DNA of 64,000 nt, from the IMG/VR virus record IMGVR_UViG_3300049988_000286, positions 224,001 to 288,000 of that record; one strand, 5' to 3'. Each line of letters opens with the position of its first letter. The stretch's first letter is position 1. The notes beneath the pieces are model-generated. The model saw only the letters and a program-made list of their open reading frames with translations, ran no database searches and was not told where the DNA came from. This document shows, piece after piece, positions 19,538-29,302 of the stretch. This DNA is from a virus. Lineage: Duplodnaviria; Caudoviricetes. A program made the translations under genes and the position numbers.

Positions 19538-20245
19538 ATGCACCTCTGCCTAAAGCGGTGGATCGCCGGGCAGCGGCACGACGATCCCCATGATCCTGAA
19601 TGGTCAGCTACCCGCGATGGTATCCTGAACCACCGGGGGTTACCCGTGGGTATCGCGTACGAGAACCTCGCACTTGGCGGACGCGATCACATCATCGCTT
19701 CGGGGTCGCGGGTCCGCGATAAGATCGCAAAGGCGTTAGGAGCACGCTATTTCGTCGAATATCACGATCTCCCAGCGGTGGTGAGCGGGTTTGCCGCGCT
19801 TGTGATCACGGATCAGCGGCGACACTTCCACTGTCTGAACCGCATCTATGAGACGAACAAGTTCCTCGATCTCATCGGTGCACGACCCCGCTTCGCATCA
19901 GGTCACGCCTATGTCGATGATGATGACAGCTTTGTCGCCGACGAACTCACCCATCTCCTGTACGTGTATCGCGGTTCACCCGCCGAGTACTTCTTTTACA
20001 CCGAGCACGCTGATGATGTCGCAGTCCTCAACGGCTCGACTGCCTTCCACTATTGTTCACCCTACGGCCACAACTGGTGGCTATCTCGCAACGAACATGA
20101 GGCGACACTCTTCCGGATAGGTGCGGTCTCCGCCCTATGCGTCACGGTGGAGAAACCGCTTCGCACAGGAGAGAAGTGGCCGCTAATTCAGCGCTATTAC
20201 GATGATGCGGGAGTAGTAGCCGCGTCGTTGCTGGAGGAGGCTTGA
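19538..20245 (+). CDS. hypothetical protein containing a family B-like motif
   Basis: WWLSRNEHEATLFRIG. Confidence 0.65.
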   Translation: MHLCLKRWIAGQRHDDPHDPEWSATRDGILNHRGLPVGIAYENLALGGRDHIIASGSRVRDKIAKALGARYFVEYHDLPAVVSGFAALVITDQRRHFHCLNRIYETNKFLDLIGARPRFASGHAYVDDDDSFVADELTHLLYVYRGSPAEYFFYTEHADDVAVLNGSTAFHYCSPYGHNWWLSRNEHEATLFRIGAVSALCVTVEKPLRTGEKWPLIQRYYDDAGVVAASLLEEA

Positions 20246-22953
20246 GCCTGTGGCGCTGCTTGGTTAAGCCACGCCTCGGCTTCGGCCGCTGCGTGAGCCT
20301 CGGCTTCGGCTGCCGCTACTTTCGCCTTATGGCGCTCTACGTGGTCGCGATATAGGTCAATGACCTCCGGATGCGGCATATACATGTGCTCGATCTGATC
20401 ATGAAGAATACGATCAAGTTGCTCCTCCTCGCTATGGCCATAATACTCGATAGTTCGTTTCACCGCAGCCATCTGCAACTCAAGGCGGAGATCATCGGGG
20501 ACATCGTTGAAGAAAATCTTCTCTGCGACCATCCGTGCAGCGTTCGCAGACGAGAGGGTGGCAAACTCGCGCATGTACCGCTCCGAGACTTTCAGCTTGC
20601 CGTAGATGTCTGACCGATATGAGTAGAGTAAAGTTTTCGCCAGATCGCTATCGACTTCAACAGTCCCAAACAACGCGCTCCATGAGTTAGCGGGTAGACT
20701 ATTGTAATTGTAGTAGGTTGGTAGCGGCTTGAACATACCACCCATGAGATTATCGTTGATCAACAGCGCATTCTTGGGATCGTCGCGGAGACAAGCAGCC
20801 ACGATCGCTTCTTGATTGTCAGAGAAGTAGTAGAAGTATTCGTTCTCCATATTGGTTGTTCCCAACAGATGCTTCTTCATCAATGTCCAAGCATCATCGG
20901 CGAGAATATTCCGAACGAACGTCATATTGTTCTTGAGCTTCTCCCAATGCTTGTCAACAACCTTAAACGCGACGTCGGGTTCGACATAGCAATCGATCTT
21001 ATCAATCAAAGCAGGATGATGGTCACAGATGCTCTCCACCATGTCACTCCGAATGTGGTAGGCAAGTCCGGGGGCTAGAGCAATGCATTTGATACGAAGG
21101 GCGGAACTCGGAAGCGAGTAGGCGGGCCATGCATTCGAATTGAAGGCGACATCGGCGGTATTTGGGCTCACGTTCTTGGTGAACTCTTCCTCGGTGATAA
21201 GGCCACTGCGCGTCCCAGCAATGATGGTGGACTTCGACCACGGAGCAGGAGTCCGGCTGTTACAGTTTCGCCATGCCGCTCTGATCAAGACTTGTTGTTG
21301 TGCATCAGACAGTCCTCCCTGCCTCATCATCAACATGGCCCAATCCGGCTTCTTACGCAACATCGCATCCATGTGCGGAGCCAACAGCTTCTGCGCTTCT
21401 TCAAATCTCGGATATACTCCATCGTAGCGATTCAAGTAGTAGCCGAGCGCATACTTTGGATCATCGATAATGAGCCGCTTCATCCATTCAACAGAGGGTT
21501 CGAAGGTTCTCTTTTCAGTCCCGTTACGCGCCAGTAGAATCTTCCCGAACTTGATCGGGATGAGATCGCCATAGGTGTCGAAGTTGTTGCCGGTGCGCAT
21601 AAAGCGGTACCAGTCAGCGAAGCCGAGATTGACGCGATCGTCCTTGACCATCCGTCGCGGGAAGGCGGCGAACATCGCCTTTGCGACTTCACCCTCCATG
21701 ACGATATTGGCTTTGTTGATCATATCAACGGCGCAATCAAAGCTATCCCAATTGACACGAGGGTTAGCAAGCGCATCGAGGAACCCCATGACGGCATTCT
21801 TTGACATAACCGGGGCTTCTTTGATATCCTCGACCAGACGATTCGAATCCCAAGAATGCGCGACGATGGCGCTGTCCCAAACAAGCTTCCAAACATTCCG
21901 GGTTGCACGAGGGAATACTTCCTCGATATTCTTCCAAGAGTACGTTCCGTTGTTAAGCGCTGCCGTGACCGCCACTGTATCCTTGATCGGCCCGAATGCG
22001 CGTGCTCCCTCAAGCGTATCTTTGTTGAACATCAGACCATAGGGCCAATGGGTTCCAAACTGCTCATTGATCGCGCGCTTCTCGATAGCACCCAACTGGC
22101 TCGCAAGCCATTTCATTCCATCAACGTCTAGGTGAGGCAGCACCTTCCCGAAGACGAGAGGATTGACGGCAGTGAGGTTGATCTTCTTTGAGTTGATGCC
22201 CTTCGCAAGCCCCTGACGGTATGTGTGCGAATCCTCCTCACGATTAGCACGATCACGCTGCAACATGCCCGCCACCTTGAATGCCTGTGTCGTGAAGAAC
22301 ACCGCCTGTGTAGGCTCGGAAGTGTGAACAACACCTTCGCCGAGATCATCCACATACTGGTTGACGCCGATCATGCGCATGATCACGTTCCAAGCCGTCG
22401 TCGCTTTCTTTGACGGTGTGGTCTCAAGCGCCGCGTATGCATTGGCAAAGACTCGGGTAGTGTTCCAGAAGCGTGATCGCGGAGTCGCTTGGTTCGCGGT
22501 AGCAATCGCCTCTCCGATCATTTTGCTTGCCTTCTCCTCGCCGAGCATCTGCTCCATCAAGGCGTGAAGTTTGTCCTCGTAGGGCTTGAGGTCGGTCTTG
22601 CTATCGATGTAGCCCTCTGTTGAACGACGCAAGATATAGAGAAAGCGCCATTCTGTCTTACCCGTATAAGGACCAGTGATCTTCCCTTTGTCCTTGCTAT
22701 ATTGGATAATATAATCGATGGGATAGCAGTAGATACCAATCGGAGTCCCGTAGGAGTTGTTGGGATTGATACCGATCTTGTGCTGCTTATCCGGATTACG
22801 AACCTCTTTGCCGTTGTGCTCCGAGAAGCTTGATGTGAAGGATACGAAGATATCCTTGTCGCCCGCGTAACGGCTCAACTCCGCGAAGCTGCTCTGTCGC
22901 GTGTTGAGTTCAGGATTGCTACGCGCCTCGATGAGTTCCCGGAAGGTGTTCAC
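20197..22953 (-). CDS. 918-aa putative capsid-packaged internal protein
   Basis: N-terminus MNTFRELIE/A resembles the T4 capsid-targeting sequence; IGINP..YGTPIGIYCYP domain; lower-GC helical C-terminal two-thirds. Confidence 0.85.
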   Translation of the reverse strand: MNTFRELIEARSNPELNTRQSSFAELSRYAGDKDIFVSFTSSFSEHNGKEVRNPDKQHKIGINPNNSYGTPIGIYCYPIDYIIQYSKDKGKITGPYTGKTEWRFLYILRRSTEGYIDSKTDLKPYEDKLHALMEQMLGEEKASKMIGEAIATANQATPRSRFWNTTRVFANAYAALETTPSKKATTAWNVIMRMIGVNQYVDDLGEGVVHTSEPTQAVFFTTQAFKVAGMLQRDRANREEDSHTYRQGLAKGINSKKINLTAVNPLVFGKVLPHLDVDGMKWLASQLGAIEKRAINEQFGTHWPYGLMFNKDTLEGARAFGPIKDTVAVTAALNNGTYSWKNIEEVFPRATRNVWKLVWDSAIVAHSWDSNRLVEDIKEAPVMSKNAVMGFLDALANPRVNWDSFDCAVDMINKANIVMEGEVAKAMFAAFPRRMVKDDRVNLGFADWYRFMRTGNNFDTYGDLIPIKFGKILLARNGTEKRTFEPSVEWMKRLIIDDPKYALGYYLNRYDGVYPRFEEAQKLLAPHMDAMLRKKPDWAMLMMRQGGLSDAQQQVLIRAAWRNCNSRTPAPWSKSTIIAGTRSGLITEEEFTKNVSPNTADVAFNSNAWPAYSLPSSALRIKCIALAPGLAYHIRSDMVESICDHHPALIDKIDCYVEPDVAFKVVDKHWEKLKNNMTFVRNILADDAWTLMKKHLLGTTNMENEYFYYFSDNQEAIVAACLRDDPKNALLINDNLMGGMFKPLPTYYNYNSLPANSWSALFGTVEVDSDLAKTLLYSYRSDIYGKLKVSERYMREFATLSSANAARMVAEKIFFNDVPDDLRLELQMAAVKRTIEYYGHSEEEQLDRILHDQIEHMYMPHPEVIDLYRDHVERHKAKVAAAEAEAHAAAEAEAWLNQAAPQAQASSSNDAATTPASS

Positions 22954-23534
22954 AGGTCACCTCCAAGGAGGCGATCGAGATCATCATGGCGGATCAGCAC
23001 GTAGCCACTACGGCGCAGGAGATCGAGCAAATCCTGTGCGGGCTGGTGATCCACCTCACGATATTCGGCCGGGAGTTCTGCCCAATCCCGCATCAAGGGG
23101 TGGGTCTTGTTCGACTTCGAGACAGTGGGGCCATAGCGCCAGCCGTCCCCGCTCCGCGTGGACATCCAGTCCTCGTGCTTCTTCTTCGCCCACTGCGTGC
23201 ACAGTTCAATCATGGGATCGTGATCCACGATGATGTCGCTGGCGATCTGGACATTGAGGGGGTTGCTCGTTGCCGCCACCTTGAAGTCCTTGGTGGTCTC
23301 GCCCGACATGGCGTCGATAATCGTTTTCACCTCACCGTCGTTGAGATCGCGAGTCAGGGGTACCGCGTAGCGGACATCCTCACCCTTGCTCTTGACGATC
23401 TGAACCGGCTTACCGTCCACGCTGACAGTGGCGACGACACCCTTGGGGGCGTGCTCTTTCACGCACTGGAACCAGAGACGGATATCCGAGAGAGCGAGTT
23501 CCCGCTCGACGACGATGCTGATGCTGTGATCCAT
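22950..23534 (-). CDS. RyR-domain protein
   Basis: C-terminal KKKHEDWM...GWRYG...KTHPLMRDWAELP = RyR domain; TAAATA-N4-ATG. Confidence 0.8.
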   Translation of the reverse strand: MDHSISIVVERELALSDIRLWFQCVKEHAPKGVVATVSVDGKPVQIVKSKGEDVRYAVPLTRDLNDGEVKTIIDAMSGETTKDFKVAATSNPLNVQIASDIIVDHDPMIELCTQWAKKKHEDWMSTRSGDGWRYGPTVSKSNKTHPLMRDWAELPAEYREVDHQPAQDLLDLLRRSGYVLIRHDDLDRLLGGDL

Positions 23535-23550
23535 CGCGTATTTATTCACG

Positions 23551-23868
23551 CTAGAGAACGGTGATACGATCCAATCGACCAGAGACGGGCTCGACCGCGC
23601 ACCGCATCCACACATAGCGATCACGGCTGTTGTACGACACCGTGCGAGCCTTCTCCGTTCCCAGCGGCACTTCCATGTCGATGACGCGGACATCGAACCA
23701 GTCGGCCTCGGTTGGGGCCACGTGGAGACTCGCTTGGACGATCACGCGACCGATGAAGTCGGCACCGTGGACCATCACTGTCTTGAACGGGCGCGGGGGA
23801 TTGGGCCAACCGTCCACGCGAACCGGTGCTTGAATTGATCCCGACCACACGAGGGCTTGCGCATCCAT
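23551..23868 (-). CDS. putative virion beta-sandwich protein
   Basis: FIGRVIVQASL..PTEADWFDV...YVWMR; TAAATA-N5-ATG. Confidence 0.7.
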   Translation of the reverse strand: MDAQALVWSGSIQAPVRVDGWPNPPRPFKTVMVHGADFIGRVIVQASLHVAPTEADWFDVRVIDMEVPLGTEKARTVSYNSRDRYVWMRCAVEPVSGRLDRITVL

Positions 23869-23928
23869 GGCTGTATTTAGCCGAACGATTAACACCCGAC
23901 TAAATAAACAACCATTGGGAGATAAGAC

Positions 23929-24093
23929 ATGGCCAAGATTGTTGAAGAGTTGCTGGTGTTCAAAGTCAGCAGCATTGTTAAGGATGACGCAGATGTTGAC
24001 CCGAGTTTCAGCGATGAGATCGTGGAGAACCTCGAAGCCATTATCTCGGAACTCGTCGGCGCGGGTCGCGTCGTTGAGGTCTTGAAGGATTAA
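23929..24093 (+). CDS. small acidic hypothetical protein (54 aa)
   Basis: MAKIVEELLVFKVS...; GGGAG SD, TAAATA upstream, terminator downstream. Confidence 0.75.
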   Translation: MAKIVEELLVFKVSSIVKDDADVDPSFSDEIVENLEAIISELVGAGRVVEVLKD

Positions 24094-24098
24094 CGATT

Positions 24099-24123
24099 AG
24101 GGGGAGCGCTGCTCCCCCTTCTT
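24099..24123. terminator. bidirectional terminator
   Basis: AGGGGGAGC GCT GCTCCCCCT hairpin between convergent genes. Confidence 0.7.
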
Positions 24124-24126
24124 ACA

Positions 24127-25035
24127 TCACAGCGCAGCCCGGTAGGCATCGAAGAACGTCTTTGCCGTCATTGAGGGGTCTTTCAGCGTATTCTCCATCC
24201 CACACGCCGCCCAGACCGGAAGCATCCGCGCTCGAACAAATTCCCGCGCCATCGAACAGAAGAGATAGATGAACGCCATGTTGGCAGGAAGGGGCATCCC
24301 TGCAACATAGGCGATCATCCCATCCTCGTGACGGTCAAAGACGAGATCACCGATCTTGGACAGGGTGCTATTGCTGGTATGATCCATCGTTGGGAAGGCG
24401 GCGAGGATATTGTCGAAGCACGAGAAGCGTGCGCCGGTGGGATCGTAGTAGTTGCGCACGTCAAGGTTCTCCGCCAGAGCCAACACCTCATCGTCAGGCT
24501 CGAAGCCGTAGAGGAAGTATCGAGCGATGCGATGGGTGGCGCGGATATCCGAACTTCCGTGCACCATGCGGAGCTTGCGATCCCGGATGTCCCTGTCGCA
24601 AGCGTCGGTCATTCGGATTGTCTGCCCGTCGCTGACCAGTTGCACCACCGTGAAGTCGAAGTCGTCAAGCAACGCTTCCGCTGATGCAAACTCCCGCTTG
24701 GTGATCAACTGCAAGGGTGGATCGCCTTCGTTGCGGGGTCGCGCCAGACCAGTGGCTCCCATCAACCAGTTGTCCACACACACGACACCAAGCGGATTCG
24801 AAGCCTTCTCCATCACTGCGTTTTCGATCTCGCGAAAGCGAGGAGCCAAGGCGGCGTGCTGTTCCGCATCGCGGAAGAACACATCGATGTCGTGGTCGTC
24901 CTTGTAATCCTCCATCATGATCCGGCGGAGGGCTCCCCCAGCCACCCACGGACCTTGGTCATAATCTAGCAGGTGCGCGATTGCCGCAATGATTTCCGCA
25001 CACCTGCTACCACGCGGCAGCGGGATTTGTTTCAC
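24127..25035 (-). CDS. nucleotidyltransferase (CCA-adding/poly(A) polymerase head-like)
   Basis: WVAGGALRR...DIDVFF and DDFDFTVVQ motifs. Confidence 0.75.
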   Translation of the reverse strand: MKQIPLPRGSRCAEIIAAIAHLLDYDQGPWVAGGALRRIMMEDYKDDHDIDVFFRDAEQHAALAPRFREIENAVMEKASNPLGVVCVDNWLMGATGLARPRNEGDPPLQLITKREFASAEALLDDFDFTVVQLVSDGQTIRMTDACDRDIRDRKLRMVHGSSDIRATHRIARYFLYGFEPDDEVLALAENLDVRNYYDPTGARFSCFDNILAAFPTMDHTSNSTLSKIGDLVFDRHEDGMIAYVAGMPLPANMAFIYLFCSMAREFVRARMLPVWAACGMENTLKDPSMTAKTFFDAYRAAL

Positions 25036-25406
25036 GCCTCTGCGGCGTCCTCGGTGGGCTCCACCCAACCCTTGGGGCGGCGACCACGACGTGCACCGGT
25101 GGGCTTGATCGTCCGGCCTTCCGCGTCGATCATGTAGTTCTCACCGAAACGCTCGGGAGTCATGCCGTCGATGGCGGTGATGTTGTCCACGCCGATCCGC
25201 ACGGTAAAACCATCAACGATCGACAAGCAATCGATCTTGAGGCTCTTGGTTTTACGGGTTTCGAAGATGCCCGTCACGGTGAAGGTCTGTTCGAAGAGGT
25301 GAACGGGCTGGCCACTCAAATCGACACCCCGGTAGCTGGCGTTTACCTCGGAACCGATTTCGAAATGGCCCTTGTCGATCAGGGCACGGAGAAGAATATC
25401 CTGCAT
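25032..25406 (-). CDS. conserved phage hypothetical protein
   Basis: ITAIDGMTPERF motif; basic tail RRGRRPK. Confidence 0.75.
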   Translation of the reverse strand: MQDILLRALIDKGHFEIGSEVNASYRGVDLSGQPVHLFEQTFTVTGIFETRKTKSLKIDCLSIVDGFTVRIGVDNITAIDGMTPERFGENYMIDAEGRTIKPTGARRGRRPKGWVEPTEDAAEA

Positions 25407-25407
25407 C

Positions 25408-26115
25408 TTATACGTCCTTTGATAGCACTACTTCGTCAATATTTTTGATGAGATCACCAATACCGATCTCGGTGAGGAACAAGTCCTCGTAGTTCTTTAG
25501 ATAAAGGATAGGAGACGTGGAGGAGAAGAACAGGCCGATTTCCGGATCGATCTTCTTCTCGTCGTCCCAGTATTGTGCCGCCATGTAGTCGTTGACGCGG
25601 CTTTGGTCGATCGATGTCTTGAACTGAATCTTATAGGGGTAGGCGTCGTTGAGGAAATACCGGTCCCGAATGATCTTGCCGGTGTTGCACTGTAGGAACT
25701 CCACATCGGTGGCGTTCCTCGGCGTAGTGATCTTGGAAATGTCATCGCGCCTTGCTGCGATCGTCGCCAATCCCTCGACTCCATCGAGGTAGAAGGTCAC
25801 GGAGGCGTTGTTGGCGCGGTACTGCGCAGTGGCGAGCGAGTCGTGTTGGTCGAATATGCTGTCGATGAAAGCGGAACGGGAGAGTTGAAAGCGTTCTCTC
25901 GCTTTCTTCATCTCACTGCTGTAGACTTTCCAATCCGTCCCCAGCGTCCGAACACCACGATAGTCGGTCAGGATAGCGTTGCGGTTCTTCTGATACTCCT
26001 CGAAGAGCCCCGTGGGCAGGTTGATCGTAAGGCTGGTTGTGTATGTTCCGAAGAACAATTTACTCGTGTGGACGTGAGTGATCCCACGCCGCGCACACAA
26101 TTCCTTAATCATCAC
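25408..26115 (-). CDS. hypothetical protein
   Basis: YPYKIQF...LYLKNYEDLFL (family B-like end). Confidence 0.75.
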   Translation of the reverse strand: MMIKELCARRGITHVHTSKLFFGTYTTSLTINLPTGLFEEYQKNRNAILTDYRGVRTLGTDWKVYSSEMKKARERFQLSRSAFIDSIFDQHDSLATAQYRANNASVTFYLDGVEGLATIAARRDDISKITTPRNATDVEFLQCNTGKIIRDRYFLNDAYPYKIQFKTSIDQSRVNDYMAAQYWDDEKKIDPEIGLFFSSTSPILYLKNYEDLFLTEIGIGDLIKNIDEVVLSKDV

Positions 26116-26281
26116 GCACTCTCTGATAGGACTTTTTATATAACGCTTGGTCTTCGATAGAAGCCTGTTGTCTCACCAAAGCATCCGGGGAGCAACCCCC
26201 TCCCACAAACAAACTGAACTCTGAACTATGCCTAAATACAGGTGGTAATCAACAGTAACTTTACTCAAATGTCTCATAAAG

Positions 26282-26320
26282 GTGGCTCCAAGGATCACCG
26301 TAATCCTTGGAGCCATTTCT
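26282..26320. terminator. terminator downstream of clpA
   Basis: TGGCTCCAAGGAT / ATCCTTGGAGCCA 13-bp stem. Confidence 0.8.
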
Positions 26321-26321
26321 T

Positions 26322-28580
26322 TCACCTCTTGGTACGCCGCAGTTGAAGGTTACCGTTCTTCATAGAGACCGTGACCTTGCCGCCATCGCGAAGTTCTCCC
26401 AAGACGAGCATTCGGGAGAGGGGCTTCTTGATCGAATCGGCGATCACGCGCTTCATCGGTCGCGCCCCCATCGCGGGATCGTAGCCCGCCGACACCAACC
26501 ACGACATAGCATCATCGTTGACCACCAGCTTGACCTTGCGATCCGCGATCATCATCCGGAGATCGTTGACGAACTTGTCCGCCACCGACTTGATGTGATC
26601 CTGCGTCAAGGCAGAGAAGCCCATCTGCGCATCGAGGCGGTTACGGAACTCGGGTGAGAAGATGCGGTTGATCGCCGCTTCGGCTCCCGAGTTGTTCACG
26701 CTCGCGGTGCCGAACCCGATCGTGGCGCGCTGGCTCTCACGCACACCGGCGTTCGAGGTCATGATCAACCAGACGTTGCGGAACGAGACCGTCTTGCCGC
26801 CAGAGTTGGTCAGCTTGCCGTTATCCATCACCTGCAACATGATGTTGAAAATGTCCGGATGGGCTTTCTCGATCTCGTCGAGGAGAAGGACGCAATGCGG
26901 CGAATGCTCCACCGCGTTGGTGAGAAGGCCAGAGCCACCGCCGCCCTCATCATAACCGACATAGCCCGGCGGGGCACCGATCAGCTTCGACACAGAGTGC
27001 TTCTCCATGTATTCCGACATGTCGAACCGCAGCATGGGGATACCAAGCGTTGCGGCGAGTTGCTTCGCCACCTCGGTTTTACCCACACCGGTAGGGCCGG
27101 TGAAGAGGTAGCTGCCTTGCGTCTTGTCCCCCTCTCGCAACCCCGCACGAGCGATGAACACCGCATCGGTGAGCACAGAGATGGCGCTGTCCTGCCCGAA
27201 AACGACCTTGCGAAGATCGTCTTCCAGATTGGCGAGTTTTGCCGTCTCATCGTCCTTGATGGTGTGCTCGGGAATTTTGGCTACCCGCGACACCTCGGCT
27301 TCAATATCGACCAGATCGATCGAGCGACTGGTCACCGCATCGTTGACGGCGCGGCGCGCACCAGCCATGTCGATGATGTCGATCGCCTTGTCGGGGAGAA
27401 GGCCCGTCGTCACATAGCGGTGGGTCAACTCCACAGCGGCGTCAAGGGCAGCAGCGGTATAGGTGACGCCGTGGTGCTCCTGATAGGATTTCGCCACCCC
27501 GTGGATGATCTTCTTCGCGTCCTCGACACTCGGCTCCTCAACGGAAATCTTACCAAAGCGACGCAGGAGCGCGCGGTCCTTCTCGAAGTACTTGCGGAAC
27601 TCCTCAAAGGTCGTGGAGCCGATCAGGCGCAAGGAACCATCGGAAAGGGCGGGCTTGAGCATGTTGGCGGCGTCCATCGAACCCTGCGAGGTCGAGCCCG
27701 CACCCATGATCATGTGGATTTCGTCAACGAACAACACGGACTTGGGGATGAAGGCCAGTGATTTGATCACCTTGGTGACCCGCTCCTCGAAGTCGCCGCG
27801 ATACTTCGTGCCCGCCAGCAGCGCACCGATGTCGAGCGAGAAGATTACCGTCCCTTCCATCACCTTCGGGACTTCCCCCGCAATGATCTGGTGAGCCATC
27901 CCCTCGACAATCGCCGTCTTACCCACGCCGGGATCACCGACGAGGAGGGGGTTGTTCTTCTTCTTGCGGGAGAAAATCTGGATCGCCTCCGCGACCTCCG
28001 TCGAGCGACCAATTAGGGGATCGATCTTCGCCTCTGCGGCCTTCTTGTTCAGGTTTGCGCAGTAGAGGGCGAGGAACGACTCGGCCTCCGCGCGGCTCTT
28101 GACCTCACCCGCCGGGGCATCGGCGACGTTAACCGTCTTGGTGCCCTTCGCTTGCGAGACGAAGAGCTTCACGTCCGCTTCCTTCATCCCCGCCTTGGAC
28201 AAGAGGATGAGGGCGAAATGATCCTCTGGCTTTTCGCGCAGCATGGCGATGAGGAGTTCAACACCGTCACCGCGACCCTTGCTCGACAGCTTGCCGGTCG
28301 CGGTAGCGCGGAAGACCAGCGTCTCGAACATCAGGGTGGGGCGGGGGTTGCCGGTAGAGGTCTCGATCATCCCCGATTCGCAAAAGTCCTTCAAGCGCTG
28401 AAGGATCGGTTTGGGATCGATACTCAACCCTTCGAAGATACGCGCCACATCTTCCTCATTGAGGAGGGATGCGAGGAGGTGCTCCAAGGTGGCGTAGTGG
28501 TGATTATAGTCGCGCGCCAGCTTCATCGCGCGCAGGGCAATCCGCTCTAGCGGTTCTTCGGCGCGCTGTTTGTCGGCCAT
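26322..28580 (-). CDS. clpA: ATP-dependent Clp protease ATP-binding subunit ClpA
   Basis: Clp N-domain (ATLEHLL), two AAA+ modules (GDPGVGKT/FVDEIH; GPTGVGKT/LLDEIEKAH), IGF ClpP-docking loop. Confidence 0.95.
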   Translation of the reverse strand: MADKQRAEEPLERIALRAMKLARDYNHHYATLEHLLASLLNEEDVARIFEGLSIDPKPILQRLKDFCESGMIETSTGNPRPTLMFETLVFRATATGKLSSKGRGDGVELLIAMLREKPEDHFALILLSKAGMKEADVKLFVSQAKGTKTVNVADAPAGEVKSRAEAESFLALYCANLNKKAAEAKIDPLIGRSTEVAEAIQIFSRKKKNNPLLVGDPGVGKTAIVEGMAHQIIAGEVPKVMEGTVIFSLDIGALLAGTKYRGDFEERVTKVIKSLAFIPKSVLFVDEIHMIMGAGSTSQGSMDAANMLKPALSDGSLRLIGSTTFEEFRKYFEKDRALLRRFGKISVEEPSVEDAKKIIHGVAKSYQEHHGVTYTAAALDAAVELTHRYVTTGLLPDKAIDIIDMAGARRAVNDAVTSRSIDLVDIEAEVSRVAKIPEHTIKDDETAKLANLEDDLRKVVFGQDSAISVLTDAVFIARAGLREGDKTQGSYLFTGPTGVGKTEVAKQLAATLGIPMLRFDMSEYMEKHSVSKLIGAPPGYVGYDEGGGGSGLLTNAVEHSPHCVLLLDEIEKAHPDIFNIMLQVMDNGKLTNSGGKTVSFRNVWLIMTSNAGVRESQRATIGFGTASVNNSGAEAAINRIFSPEFRNRLDAQMGFSALTQDHIKSVADKFVNDLRMMIADRKVKLVVNDDAMSWLVSAGYDPAMGARPMKRVIADSIKKPLSRMLVLGELRDGGKVTVSMKNGNLQLRRTKR

Positions 28581-28763
28581 CTCAATACCTCGCTGATACT
28601 CTGATAGGTGTCAGCGATCAGGGATCACCAACCCAGCGATGATGCGCCATTCCACGCCGGGGTGCAATAATGGAGGAAAGATGACGAACTAGCACAGCGA
28701 TGAATATTGCCGCGAGTCCTCGGCATGGTTTACTCCTCTCTCTCCCCTATAGAGGAATAGAAG

Positions 28764-29258
28764 TTGACCACTACTTACGAGGCAGCAGTCAAGGCTGCAT
28801 CAAACATTACCGCAGCGGGGCTGCGCAACCAAGTCATCAACAGTCTCAACACGCGTGGTGACTTCGTTGGTGCTGTGAAGGCCTTCCACGCCCTCTACGA
28901 GTGCCCCGATGTCGTCGATCAGGGTGTGACCAAGCACCTCTACCATATGACGGACGAGCGTCTCGCGATGCGGGTCGAGTTGATCCGTGAGGAGTTCGAG
29001 CGTGAGTTGGTACCCGCTGTCGAGCGTCGCGACGAGGTGGAGATCGCTGATGCACTGGGCGATCTCGTGTATGTCTGCGCAGGTTTTGCGCTGGAAGCCG
29101 GGATCGATCTCACGGCGGTGTTCGCCGAGATTCAGGCGAGCAACATGACCAAGCTGGGCGCGGACGGGAAGGTGATCCGTCGCGAGGATGGCAAGGTCAT
29201 GAAGGGGCCGCAGTACGTCAAGCCCGACATCAAGGCGGCGCTTCGTTACCGGGACTGA
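28764..29258 (+). CDS. MazG-superfamily NTP pyrophosphohydrolase (PRA-PH-like)
   Basis: ELIREEFE...EIADALGDLVYV...SNMTKL...GKVMKGP. Confidence 0.88.
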   Translation: MTTTYEAAVKAASNITAAGLRNQVINSLNTRGDFVGAVKAFHALYECPDVVDQGVTKHLYHMTDERLAMRVELIREEFERELVPAVERRDEVEIADALGDLVYVCAGFALEAGIDLTAVFAEIQASNMTKLGADGKVIRREDGKVMKGPQYVKPDIKAALRYRD

Positions 29259-29267
29259 AAATAGTTG

Positions 29268-29296
29268 TTGACGCCTCTATCGCGCGTCGGTATAAC
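29268..29296 (+). promoter_or_regulatory. sigma70-type promoter
   Basis: TTGACG-N17-TATAAC. Confidence 0.75.
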
Positions 29297-29302
29297 AGAC
29301 CT

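Noticed and set aside
28581-28763. clpS upstream of clpA
   Set aside because: No frame gives a ClpS-like sequence; only short unconvincing ORFs.
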